Assembly (NCBI RefSeq): GCF_035084215.1
Contig: NC_090340.1
Span: 5,332,001 to 5,396,000 of the forward strand
DNA length: 64,000 nt
Reading direction: 5' to 3'
Origin: Heptranchias perlo
Taxonomy: Eukaryota
A program made the position numbers and the translations under genes. Shown in pieces: positions 14,464-27,500 of this stretch (positions are counted from its first letter, which is position 1; each line of letters opens with the position of its first letter). The notes below the pieces were generated by a model. The model was not told the origin of the DNA and made no database searches. It worked only from the letters and a program-made list of their open reading frames with translations.

Positions 14464-15034
14464 GTGTGTACACAGGTCGCTCCACATCGTGGCCTCTACT
14501 GAGTGCCACCCTGGTTAATATGACTATTGCAACATGTGAAACATCGCCGACAAGAATCGATGTCCAATCATCCCGCAGTATGATTGGTTTTACCGTGTTC
14601 ACCCCATTGGAGCTTTCATTTAAACTATGCTGTTAATAAATCCTCGCTACAGTGTTGGTGCAGAGCAGTTTTAGGAAATACCCTCCCGCCTACAAGGATG
14701 TAGGGGCTGATCTCCTGAGCTCCTGACAACAGCAGAGTGATTCCAATAAATGCACAGCACGAAGTCACAGCTATCGCGCCAAGTGGGTTCATGTAAAATG
14801 CAGCTTTATTCCCCTGGCTACAAAACTGACAATGATGTAACTGACCAACAAACGCATTCTTGTTTCAGAAATCATGGTTTGAAAATAGAACAAATGAGTT
14901 GCTAAGGTCGTTAAAACATGACTGCTCAACTATTACACTGTTGGGTTACTGAAAACACAATCTTTCATCTCGCAAATTGAGTGGACAATATTCTCCACAA
15001 TGTTTGATATCTTTCTTTAATATTAACTTTGTAG

Positions 15035-15144
15035 GCGGTCAAAACTTCATTTATCTGCTGATTTCTGGATGCATAGGGTATGGTCTGATATGTCTACTGT
15101 TCTGTGTCTTAATTTGGATGCGAAGCCAATTCAAGGAGAAGTAA
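15035..15144 (+). CDS. IgSF receptor exon 4: transmembrane segment and short tail, ending at TAA
   Basis: Acceptor CTTTGTAG|; GQNFIYLLISGCIGYGLICLLFCVLIWMRSQFKEK*. Exons 1-4 splice to 798 nt = 265 aa plus stop. Donor GTAAG lies 2 nt after the stop. Confidence 0.85.
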
Positions 15145-15267
15145 TGGTAAGCACCGCCAATTCTGAAAATTTCCATGTTAGATGTTCGATTTTAATACAG
15201 CCGTTCTTGAAACAATAACTTCCGAATGGGTCACGAGTTGCAACTTGTTTGTACCTTAAAAATGCAG

Positions 15268-15384
15268 GAAAGTGCGGCAGCATCAGGACAACAAAAAGGT
15301 TCGTATGACAATTGGCTCCACATCATAGAGTTCAATTAAAGCTCAGATATATTGATGACTATATCGATATTCCCTCTATCTCTT

Positions 15385-15424
<40 letters not shown>

Positions 15425-16275
15425 CAATATACATTCTAATGACTTTAATCACCATCATTAGCGTTCTATGTTTGGCAAGGTAACATTGTTTTATGAATTG
15501 TTGTCAAATCCAAGGAACCGTTCACCACAGCTTCTCGGTTGAGACCTTTTTGATTAATCGAATCGAGCACATTATGATATGACATCAGTCGCGCAGGTAC
15601 TTTACGCAACAGCTAACAGAAAACAATTCAGAATCACTGGCTGGATATTAAGTATCTAATTGTAAACTTTGAAATCTGTTCAGTTCTCGGGGCTCTAAGT
15701 ATAAGATCACAGTGCGATTTTATAGTCAAATTAGAAGATTTAACACTTGCTTTCAACAAAAATTTAATTCGATTCAATGCATCATGCAATCATAGTTTAC
15801 AAAATAGGGGATGCAGAATAGGAAGGTCTTAGAGGTGGGAACAGAGCAATCCAGAATAATGGCGTCCTCTCCGGAAGCGTGTGTCCATTTTGTAGCAAGC
15901 GTTCTTTCACATCTATCTAGTCTTCATATTAATAATATAGTATCACTTCTCATGTGTGGATTGGGAAACTATTGCTTTACTAATAAACATTGGTTAGTGA
16001 GCATCAAGTAAATAGGGTAAAACGTAATTTAAAGTAGGTGTATTTTTTTAGTTCCAAAGAGACACCTGATTGAAGATGTTAAACTTACGAGTTGTGCTTA
16101 ATTTCTATCTGAAGTCATTCCAACCACGATATTAAATTATCTTTCTTCAGGCTGCACAAGGAGCAGCGGAGAAGAAGATTGATTAAGCCGCTCTACATTT
16201 TACTTGCTCGGTGAAATCTGCAATGCATAACTGAAACGACAAGAATAGGCAAAGATACAGATGAAAAAAAAATAA
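15268..16275 (+). pseudogene. Relict cytoplasmic exons (15268-15298 and 16151 onward) with inactivated ITIM/ITSM-like motifs
   Basis: Spliced frame continues WKVRQHQDNKK-AAQGAAEKKID*AALHF; a shifted frame downstream gives E*AKIQMKKK*. Confidence 0.65.
15386..15424. repeat. (TA)n(TG)n microsatellite
   Basis: Read directly from the sequence. Confidence 0.95.
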
Positions 16276-16802
16276 AACCGCTTGAGGGCAGAGATGCACC
16301 GAAAGGAAGCAATTGTTAAATCGTGTTGCAATTGCTGATGCAACAGCTATTTCAACGATAAATATTGCTCGGATCGGCTTTTATCTGGGCCCGGTACGCA
16401 TAGCTGAACATCAGTATTATGCCACAATTTCGTATCATCAGTTTGAGAAGCAGCACATTTTAATATTGGAGAAAATAATCGTAGTTTTCAGCGCACTTAC
16501 GAAGTATGGAAGTTCCCGATCAACGATAAAATTACACAGATTTCATTGTTGAAAAATAGTAGGTCCAATTTAGTTCGCCACTGATACCGCTTTATTTTAA
16601 GTCTGCTGTAAATTTCACTTATTACCGAAAGCTTGCGCTTCAATTGATGAAATAGAAATTAATATTATAATTCATGGAGTTGCAAAGCTACCATTTCAAA
16701 ACAATCCTGGCTTTATCATCACAATAATGAATGCCATTGTTTCAAACCTTGCAGTCAATGATATCATGTTTGGATTCATTTTGTAAGTGTTCATTAACTC
16801 TT

Positions 16803-16808
16803 AATAAA
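16803..16808 (+). terminator. Candidate polyadenylation signal of the IgSF gene
   Basis: AATAAA followed by T/GT-rich sequence; a second AATAAA at 16271. Confidence 0.45.
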
Positions 16809-17677
16809 GTCAAGCTGTAGAAGAGAAATTAACTGCTATTATCTGATTTCATTTATCTTTATTTTCTGTTTCTGCTGTGTATAATTCTCATTCCTGTCAT
16901 TATGCAGAATGAAGTCACACAGTTAAGTGAAGGAAACTTCCAAAATGCCTAAAACCTGATCGTAATTAATGCTCTAACTCTCTTCATCAATTACCGCATT
17001 GCGTATTATTGACTAGAATTCCTAATGCTGTTGAATGATGGCGGGCACATAAACGATTTCACCCCTTATTGTGATTAGTGTATGTATTATGTATATATCA
17101 TCAGGACCTTTGAAATTCCACAACACGCATAAGCTCGCTAAGCGTATACAGATTCGATTATCCATTAAGGATCACTAATGTATGTTAACTGGGATTGTGT
17201 AATATCTCAACAAACACACGGGTATCCTTGCCGGATTAAAGAAAATCATTTGGATGAGATTAGGGACAATATAAAACAGCCACAGCTGCAGCCACGTCAC
17301 ACTAAAGGTCAGGGAAACTTTTCACATTTTCCCACTTATTCTTTATTTATTTTTGCTGTGAATTTATTTACTTTAAGACCATTTAATGTTGGTATAGGAT
17401 TACAAGTTATAACAGAAAATTGCAAATGTAATTATATAATAGCGTATATTTTGGGTTTGTAATACGAGGTTTTCAACATTTCAACACAGGTTGTGAGGGG
17501 TGATAAAAGCAATTGGGAGACATAAAAAAAAACGAGGATCGCAGTCTGATATTCGCACTGGTGATTATATTAGTAACCGGGTCAGGAGGACCTAAGGACA
17601 AAGTAAATGGAATAGTAACAATGTTTAGCAGATTTTCAATAAAACGTCTGTATAATCACACCCATATACATACCCAA

Positions 17678-18219
17678 TGGGGTAGATTTTAAACTGGCAC
17701 TGGGTAAAGTAGAATAGCAAACTGAATGGCTGTAGGAATTTTATTTGGGGAGGAGGATGCGACATTTAGAAGCAAAGGCCACGCTTAGTGTACTGATTTA
17801 CATTCTGATTACCGTACCATAAAACGTACACTTGTAATTGATAGTGTCCAAATGTTAAGGCTCCGAGAAACGATAAAGGAATATAAAAGTTCAAATTTTG
17901 CAATCGGTAATGAAATCAATGGACATGAAAATCGACCGGGTTCGACTAGGAACGGCCGATGGGCAACGCCACATCTACAGCGGGTCGGCAAGGTGAAGCT
18001 CTGCCCCAGGAAATCTCATTTAGAATTATTGTGGTAGATATTGACTTTGTACAATACTGTAAAATGGGTAATAGCGAGTTGTCCCAATTTTTATCTCCAT
18101 TGAAATCAATGGGGTAGATTGTGATTTTGTGTGTGGTGTAAAGCTGAAGATAGCGAATCAGTGTAAAATCGTCTGCCGACATGCTATCATCCTTGTCGCA
18201 CAAAGGCAAGATCTACCCC
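17678..18219. mobile_element. Cluster of MITE-like palindromes
   Basis: GGGGTAGATT...CTCTGCCCC (17678-18007) and GGGGTAGATTGTGATTTTGTG...CACAAAGGCAAGATCTACCCC (18111-18219). Confidence 0.6.
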
Positions 18220-19939
18220 TCACCGTGTTTACTATTGTCTTGACAGCATTGATCAATTTCACTTCTTTTCAGAACATAATGGGAAACAAGAACAAGTATC
18301 CTGATCACCCGTTACAGCATTCCATAGCACTTTGAAAATCCAGAATGTAGTTTGTTTCGACTGCCGCACCTGTTTTAATTATTTACCATTATTTGGGTAA
18401 ATAAGCGATATTTTCTTAACTTTTTAAAATGTACTTTTATTAATTTTCAATTATATCCTCTTGCACTTTTTCATCGATTATTTTGTATTCAATTCCTCAG
18501 TCTGCTTTAATTCTACGATTCCTTAGTCTGTGTGTTTACATGTGGTCCCTTCATTACAGATTGTAACAATGTAACTTTTCTAATCTTTTCTCATTGCTCA
18601 ACCCCTTAACATTTGGACTCTGCAGAACATGAATATATTTTTTCTAGTAGGGTGATCAGAATTGAAGTGAGCACTTCATGCATTGGTCTGACCAATGCAG
18701 TGTAAATCCAATTGCTTCTAAATGTCGCATTCCCCAAACATAAAATTCCTACAGGCATTGCGATTCCTCGAGTAATTTAGTAAATACCAGTCTAAAATCG
18801 GCATTTCCAATTACTACCATAATCATGTAAAAATGCCGATAAAATTCGACCGTGCCATCTCCAATTCGTGAATAAATTTGTGTCAAACTTTCTGCTCGAT
18901 TAGTCTGGGCGACGTTTAGCTTTGATGTTCTAAAATATTCATATTACTTTAAAGGTCAAACGAGTGAACTTGCAATTCAGAGAGTCCAAGCTCAACTTTT
19001 GTTTAAAATTTGCTAAAACTATTGCTATCTTTTATTTGTTAGCTATATTTTCTTTAAAAACTTGGGAAAGTATTTCCGGCTGAAACCTCTCTCATTGCCC
19101 CATCTATTTTTAAAGAGGTAGGTATGTTAGGTATGATGTGTTGCGGCCTGAGACATTTTCGGTACTTTTTCTCAGAACTTTCCCGTGCTTTCCACCGCCT
19201 CTGGGCCTTACGACCAAAGGAAATGCCACCATTATCTTTTAATAACATATCCTTAAATAATATGTCATACCAAATTCAATGTTTGAAGTTCACTATCCCA
19301 ATCTTTTCACGACTTCGCCAAACAACGGTTTAATCCTATACTACACCCCATTCTTTCTCCCATATCAATATCGGTTTGAGATTAATATGCCTGCAGCTAA
19401 GCTTTTCAACATAATTTTCGCTAAAGTATAACTGATCCGCTCGAAATACATTGTTAACTCCAGAATACTCACAGACTCAAGACGAAATAAATCGTTAACT
19501 AATTCCAATGGAATTCGTAGTTGGATCCATTAATCATTGGCATAGATCCAAATACTTTAATTTTGCCGTTAATCGTTAATTCTGCAAAATGCGAACACAA
19601 CAAACCTTCAAATGAATTTAACAGGTGAGCAGAATATCCATGAAATGTGAGTTTAGGGACATCATGAACGCATTGCTGAAGATTTATTGTGTTCAGAATT
19701 TTTCGGAAAATCGTAAATTCGCAAGATTCCTTTAGGGCGTGTTTATGATTTTTCTAGAAATACCAAACATCGAAACGCTTCAAAAACACATTCACCCTGT
19801 CACCACGCAAAGCGATCTGAGGAATTCTTAGTCACGAATGTTTTAATAGCACAAGTTGTTAGTACTATGGCCGAAAATGTTCAATCGCTGTCTCCCACCT
19901 AATGGTTTAGCTTCAGATTCAGTTCACAAATACCAAAAG

Positions 19940-21560
19940 GATAAGGACGCAAGATGAAGGCCATTCCGGCCATCTAGCCCACCCTTCAATAAAAATCATC
20001 AATACCCCCAACATACCATCCAATTACCTTTTGAATATCATTAGAATATTATCCTCAACTAACCTACCAGGTATTAATTTATTTGTATGAAAAACTATTT
20101 CCCAGCATATGTCCTGAATTTGTCTTTAGACAGTTCATCCTGAATTTATTAAGTACCATTCTGCAATGCGGGTTAAGTGTTCAGGTACAACATTTTGCAA
20201 TTTATTTTCGTATGTGCTTCTACGACGTCTCTGCTCATATGCCTCTATTAAGGGAGGCTAGTCTGCAGTAGCCAGTTAGTTATGGTGCTTGGCTAGTAAT
20301 CCAGAGTTTGTGAGTTTAATTCCTATCATGGCAAGTCGGAAAATTCATTTCGTATAATTTGGTGGTTTATGGGCTGGCACGAGATGAAATAACATAAGCG
20401 CTGTTGGATTGTCATAAAAACCCAACTGGTTCATGAATGTGATTCGGGGAAGGGAACTTGCTACCTTACCAGTCCGACCCTACATGTTACTCCAGTCTCT
20501 AAAAGCAAGTAAGCATGGGCGACGAATGCGACCATTCCAGCTTTAAGCACGTCCTGAGAAAAATATTTAAAATCGATACCATTTTTTTAACATTTACTTG
20601 TAACTCAGTTCCACGTGAGACAATTAGTTAAAATTTCTCGTGCCAGTCCCCGTACACGTACAGTGGCTTGTGCTTCCCATGCCCCTGCATGACCAGGACT
20701 GAATACAAGGAGCTCCCTGACGAGAGCAGTATAAAGTTTCCGCATGATAACCTCAGACTTTAACACCAATTATTCGGCAGTGTAGCTCAGCATTGTGTTT
20801 CCTTCGTCAGTTGCTGGTTTGCAATGATTCGACATGGTCAATGTAGAGGCTACCCGCTCCCATATAATTTCCCACCTATTGACAATCTAATTCTGCACTA
20901 TTCATTAATTATGTTACATGTAACGTCTTGCATGTAACGTCTTGCACTTCTCCTAATCCATATTTTCTGCCAAAGTTCTATCCAGCTGCAAATATTATGT
21001 TATTCTTTATTTAATATCTGAATTACTTCCACAAGATGCAATCCCTTTCCCACCTTGAATGTGATTAATATTTTTACCAATATACTTTGAGTTCCTTAAT
21101 CCATTTCACCATTTTAGATAACATAGGCCAGGAGCTGGAGACAATCTTTAGCTCAACACCAACCTCCAGCTAATTTTCACTAGATTCTCTCTCAGCTTCT
21201 TTCAAATTGTACCCAGGAGGCCGACTCTATTAAGCCACTGTAGCATTATTAGTAGAAAGCGTTGTTAACATGGATTTATATGATATTATAGAATTGTTCA
21301 ACCTTTACCTAAAAACAAACAAACTGTTTAATTAAACAGGATCTGCTCTCAAAAGTCCTATTAGTCTTAAGCTAATTAAATAATTTTCAACAGTTTTGCA
21401 ATAGCTTGTTTCAAACGGCGGATTTGATGACTTTAGTTGTTGCCATTGCAAGATGTAATCGGTCTGTGATTACTCATATTACTTTTAGTGCCTGTTTTGA
21501 AAATCTAGTGAGCTCTTCCCTATATTACCGAATCTCTCGTGATGAGTCGAAGTACTTCAC
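19940..21560 (-). mobile_element. Old, highly decayed CR1 LINE pieces flanking a SINE
   Basis: AAGGCCATTCCGGCCCATC 3'-UTR motif at about 19960; RT-like antisense sequence at 20700-21560. Confidence 0.55.
20270..20570 (+). mobile_element. tRNA-headed SINE, an internally deleted derivative of family-B LINE
   Basis: Head CTTGG-CTAGTAA-TCCAG and GAGTTTAATTCC. Body GGATTGTCATAAAAACCCAACTGGTTCA...GGGAAGGGAAC matches the LINE 5' UTR (62660-62750, -). Tail GCATGGGCGACGAATGCG...CACGTCC matches the LINE 3' tail. Confidence 0.8.
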
Positions 21561-22879
21561 ATATATCTTCCCTGTTTCGATTCTTGGTCACATGTCATCT
21601 AGCCGAAGATTCATTCGATGTGAGTTTGCTTACGTAATAAGCAAGTTTTATCTCAATAAATTGTGTATATGTTGTTTAAATATTTTCACAGTTTAATACC
21701 TATTCAGTTTTAACGTATCAGCGAAGGATGTAACTGTTTTTTTTCTATCTGAAGTAAGATGTATCATGCACCATATGGAAAAGTGTTGCTAAGTACACAT
21801 ATCTGTCACAAGGGATAGTTCTGTCAGTGCAATAGCAATAGGGCCATTTATTTATGCCCAGGCTCCAGCAATTCAAATAATGCATTTAGGTCATTTGATT
21901 GAAAACTATAGAAACACACGGTGTGGTTAACGGCTTCACTGGTGCACATTGTACACATCATATTTCACAATACACATCCTACGCAACTTCAGACCTCAGA
22001 ATTAATACTTTCCGCCCCTTTTGCGCAACCCACCACTTCTCAAATTACCATTCGCAGAGCCTTAACCAGTTAGTATCTGTTTTTCATAGCTCTCAAACGC
22101 TCTTAGTTTTATTTTCTGGCATGGTTTTGATGGCGCAGCTGAACATTCAGGACCTTTAATTTCTAAATATTTTACTCACATTTGGAGAATGACTGTTGCG
22201 CATATTTCCAGTACTACCTTATACGGATACCTTGTTTTTTTAAAAAAACGGTCCCCTTTAGTGTTGTGTACTTAGAAAAAAAGCATGAAAAATATAGTAT
22301 ATTTTGGTTCGTTAATACAAAGACGGAATGAACATCTAATAAGCCAAGAAAAATGGTTTTGCCTGTAGGAATAACATCTTATTCATTTTGACCGTTACCA
22401 CTGAAAGATTAACGTGTATGTGGATCTATATAGGAAGTTTGCGAGTTAACATGTATACCACATCCTCCATATCGAAGCAAATTCACAGCCTGCAGTCACA
22501 TAACCAAAATTGCGTTATTTAAGGATTACGAAACTGTGGTATTTTGTTCTCACTTTTACAAAGAAATTAAACGTCCCTTACTTTAACAGTATCAGCGCAG
22601 GCCCTCAGCTTCTGTTTACACAGAATGAGGAACGGCTGAGGCTGATGGAACGGCTGGCGTCTAAAAGAGAAAAGAAAATCTACTGATATTACATCGCCGA
22701 AAACGGCTCCACACATCTTCCATCACCTTTCTACTCTGCCGTGCGTCCCTACTCTTCAAAAACTATTACGCCCTTCTGAAGGAACCGTTATGCATTCATA
22801 GAACTCTTTGGGTAATGAATTTTGTGCCCAAGTATATGAAGACAGATATTTTAGAATAATTCCCTTCACAATACTGAAT

Positions 22880-23150
22880 GATTCATAGAATTGCATAGAA
22901 TGTGCAGCAAAGAAACGAGCCATTCGGCCCAACAAGTTTATGCACCACGCTAGCCTCCTCCATCCCCACTTCATTTAACTCTTCCAGCATATCATTCTAT
23001 TCCTTTCTCACGCATGAAGCTGTATAGCTTCCCTTAAATGCATCCATGCTCAACTACACCTTGTGGTAGCGAGTTCCACATTCTAACCGCTCTCTGGGTA
23101 TACAAGTTCCTCCCCAATTTCCTGTTGGATTTACCAGTGACTATTTTAAA
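22880..23150 (-). mobile_element. CR1 3' end fragment
   Basis: TCATAGAA tail repeats, GCCATTCGGCCC, GAGTTCCACATTCTAACC. Confidence 0.8.
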
Positions 23151-24587
23151 TGCACTCGTGGATCAATTCGTAGTCCATTAAATGATTGTCCACTTCGAAT
23201 TTTTAAGTAGTTTCTCTACTTATTGTCGCAGCGAGCGATAAACTACAGGATTGGAAACACGAAAGGGGCCCGAGATGTTAAGAACAGTCATTAATAGCCA
23301 CAATTTACCAAGCGTTGAGGCCCTCAGGGGATAAAACAAGATTTAATGAAAAATAGTCTAAAACCGTAATTAGTTTTTTTTACAAGAGTGATAGATAACC
23401 ACAATAATACACAGTGAGAATATCGAGATTGACAAATTGAATAGTGCAATATGATAAAACAACTTACACTCGAAAACTGCACACTCTATAGGTTGAATAG
23501 TGATGGTAAAATAACATACATTGAATTTAAATTTTAAATCACAGTTGAGCATTTAACAAAATGAAATAAGATAAAATGAATAAAATTTAAAATCACAGTT
23601 GAGCATTTTGCGAAATAAAATCTTAGGTTAAAATCAGTAAATACACGTACAACAATCAATCGAGTAAATGTTCGAAAGATATGAGCCAACATGGTATAAC
23701 AATCAAATATAAAATATGGAGACTTTTAAGTCAATTGTCCAGTACCTAAGAGGGTAAAACTTAGGTTGAAATTCCAGAGATTTTAAAGGTGGCTGTTTTC
23801 ATAAACATCTCCAGGTTGACTTCCTCGCAGGGTCCCGGGATAACGAAATATTCTCGCTCACGTCTTGCCTGGTGCAGTCCTTCTGGGCACATAAGTTCTT
23901 GTCTCGTGGTCACCATCTATGATCTTAAAAGAGGCGGTGATGCAGGAACTGCCGGTGTCGTCCGGCCTTTCAGCTCGACATGTTTCGCCTGGGTCGCTGA
24001 TATGCAAAGACTGGGATTTTCTTTTGCTCGGTATGTCCCATCCGGAATTGAGGAAGCTCACTATCTTTTCTTTTTGTTTCTCTCCTGTGGGGCTTAATCT
24101 CCACAGATCACCTGCATCTAAGTCCTCTGAACACCCCAGTTATCCTATGTTTGTATGTTGTTGCCTGGCGGGACCACGAGGAAGCACGGCTCGCTGTAAC
24201 TGAGAAATTTCAAGAGGTTCACAGCTACAAAACTATAACGCTCTTGAGGAACCTGAAGCAAGAGAGTCAGAGTTATTCCCGCCAAGAGTCATAGTTACTT
24301 CCGCCATTTGCGGGGTAGAAAAGAAATAATTCAAATGTATGTCTTCAGTATACTTTGGCATAAAGTCCATTACCCAGTGTTTATGGTCCCTCGTTCTGGT
24401 CTCCCCCGCAAGTGGAAACATCTTCTCCACGACTACACTGTCAAACGCATTCATAATCTTAAAGACGTCTATCGGGTCACCCCTTCGAGAGAAAAGAGCC
24501 CAGCCTGCTCAACCTTTCTTAATAGGTATGACCTCCCAGTTCTCCTTTCATCCTAGTAAACCTTCTTGCACCTTCTCCACTGCCTTC

Positions 24588-27500
24588 ATTAAGATAGAAA
24601 GTGAAGTCGTTACATCCGAAACTAGGGTCTTAAATCTAAAGAAAGGAAACTACGAAGATATGAGGAGTGAGTTGGCTATGATAGATTTGGAAGCTTCGTT
24701 AAAAGGCATGACGGCAATGGTTAACATTTAAGGATCGAATGCATGAATCGCAACAATACTACATTCCTTTCTGGGGCAAAAACACAAAAGCAAAAGGGGC
24801 TCAACCATGGCCAACAAAAGAAGTTAAGGATAGTATTAGATCCAAAGAAGAGTCACATAAAGTTGCCAGAAAAAGTAGCAAGCCTGAGGATTGGGAGCAG
24901 CTTAGAATTCAGCAAAAAAGGACCAAGAAATTAAGTGGCCAAAAATACAGTATGAGAGTAAACTTGCAAGGAACATAAACGTGGACTATAAAAACTTCTA
25001 CAAGTATGTAAAAATAAATAGATTAGTGAAGACAAATGTAGGTCCCTTACAGTTAGAAACTGGAGAATTTATAATGCGGAACAAGGAAGTGGCAGAGCAA
25101 TTAAATAAATACTTTGGTTCTGTCTTCACGGAAGAGAACGCAAAACGCTTCCCAAAAATGCTGGAAACCAAGGGACTAGTGAGAAGGAGGAATTTAAGGA
25201 AATTAGTATTCGTAAAAAAATAGTGCTGGAGAAATTAATGGGACTGAAAGCCGATAAATCCACAGGGCCTGATAATCTGCATCCCAGAGGACGAAAATTT
25301 CCAAATGGCCTTGAAGCCACTTTACATCCTCCTTACAATTCACGATCCCACCTAGTTTTGTGTCGTCGGCAAATTTGAAAAATATTATATTTGGTTCCCT
25401 CATCCAAATCATTGATATATTTTGTGAATAGCTGGGGTCCAAGCATTGATCCCTGCGGCACCCCACTTGTCACTGCCTGCCACCTTGAAAAAGACCGCAT
25501 TATTTTACTCCCTGTTTCCTGTCTGTTAACCAATTTTCAACCAATGCCAGTATGTTATCACCAATCCCATGTGCTTTAAGTTTGCACACTAACCTCTTAT
25601 GTGGGACTTTATCAAAGACCTTCTTAAAATCCAAATAAACCATATCCACCTGTTCTCATAGAGTCATAGAGTCATACAGCACGGATAGAGGCCCTTCGGC
25701 CCATCGTGTCCGCGCCGGCCATCAATCCCTCTCCACTCTAATCCCATATTCCAGCATTTGGTCCGTAGCCTTGTATGCTATGGCATTTCAAGTGCTCATC
25801 CAAATGCTTCTTGAATGTTGTGAGGGTTCCTGCCTCCACAACCCTTTCAGGCAGTGAGTTCCAGACTCCAACCACCCTCTGGGTGAAAAAGTTCTTTCTC
25901 AAATCCCCTCTAAACCTCCCGCCTTTTACCTTGAATCTATGTCCCCTTGTTATAGAACCCTCAACGAAGGGAAAAAGCTTCTTAGTATCTATCCTATCTG
26001 TGCCCCTCATAATTTTGTACACTTCAATCATGTCCCCCCTCAGCCTCCTCTGCTCCAAGGAAAACAAACCCAATCTTCCCAGTCTCTCTTCATAGCTGAA
26101 GCGCTCCAGCCCTGGTAACATCCTGGTGAATCTCCTCTGCACCCTCTCCAAAGCGATCACATCCTTCCTGTAGTGTGGCGACCAGAACTGCACACAGTAC
26201 TCCAGCTGTGGCCTAACCAGTGTTTTATACAGCTCCATCATAACCTCCTTGCCCTTATATTCTATGCCTCGGCTAATAAAGGCAAGTATCCCATATGCCT
26301 TCTTTACCACCTTATCTACCTGTTCCGCCGCCTTCAGGGATCTGTGAACTTGCACACCAAGATCCCTCTGACCCTCTGTCTTGCCTAGGGTCCTCCCATT
26401 CATTGTGTATTCCCTTGCCTTGTTAGTCCCTCCAAAGTGCATCACCTCGCACTTTTCCGGGTTAAATTCCATTTGCCACTGTTCTGCCCATCTGACCAAC
26501 CCATCTATATCGTCCTGCAGACTGAGGCTATCCTCCTCGCTATTTACCACCCTACCAATTTTTGTATCATCAGCGAACTTACTGATCATACCTTTTACAT
26601 TCATATCCAAGTCATTAATGTAGACCACAAACAGCAAGGGACCCAGCACCGATCCCTGTGGTACCCCACTGGCCACAGGCTGCCAGTCACAAAAACAACC
26701 TTCGACCATCACCCTCTGCCTTCTGCCACTAAGCCAGTTTTGTATCCAAAGTGCCAAGGCACCCTGGATTCCATGGGCTCGTACCTTCTTGACCAGTCTC
26801 CTGTGGGGGACTTTATCGAAGGCCTTACTGAAATCCATGTCTACCACATCCACTGCGTTACCCTCATCCAAACGCCTAGTCACCCCCTCAAAAAATTCAA
26901 TCAAATTAGTCAGACATGATCTTCTCTTGACAACGCCATGTTTACTATCCCTGATTAATCCTTGCTTCTCCAAGTGGAGACTAATTTTGTCCTTCAGAAT
27001 TTTTTCCAATAATTTTCCTACCACTGATGTTAGGCTCACTGGCCTGTAGTTCCCCGGTTTTTCCCTACTCCCCTTCTTGAATAATGGTACTACATTAGCG
27101 GTTCTCCAGTCCTCTGGCACATCCCCTGTGGCCAGAGAGGTTCTGAATATATGTGTTAGAGCCCCCGCAATCTCCTCCTTTCTCTCTTATCTTTTCAACC
27201 GGTTACATCCTCAAAAACTCCTGTAGGTTTGACAAACATGATTTCCCTTTCATAAATCCATGTTGACTTTGTCTAAACTCATTGATATTTTCTAAGCGCC
27301 CTGTTGTCTCATGCTTTATAATAAACTCTAGCATTTTCCCTACTACTGATATAGTAGGCAAACCGTTCTGTAGTTCCCCATTTTCTCTCTCCCTCCTCGT
27401 TTAAATAGTGTGGTTACATTTGCCACCCTCCAATCTGCAGGAACTGTTCCATAATCAATAGAATTTTGGAAGATGATAAACAATGCATCCATTATTTCCA

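Noticed and set aside
15514-15596. Additional cytoplasmic exon ending GCGCAG|GTAC
   Set aside because: It contains stops in the candidate frames and is not needed to keep the frame between 15298 and 16151; unresolved.
15708-15750. RSS heptamer CACAGTG
   Set aside because: No ACAAAAACC-like nonamer at 12 or 23 bp spacing, and not adjacent to a V or J segment.
20917-23610. Short direct repeats (CATGTAACGTCTTG x2 at about 20917; AAATCACAGTTGAGCATTT x2 at about 23535 and 23590) as array-like structures
   Set aside because: Only two copies each, consistent with simple local duplications; nothing CRISPR-like.
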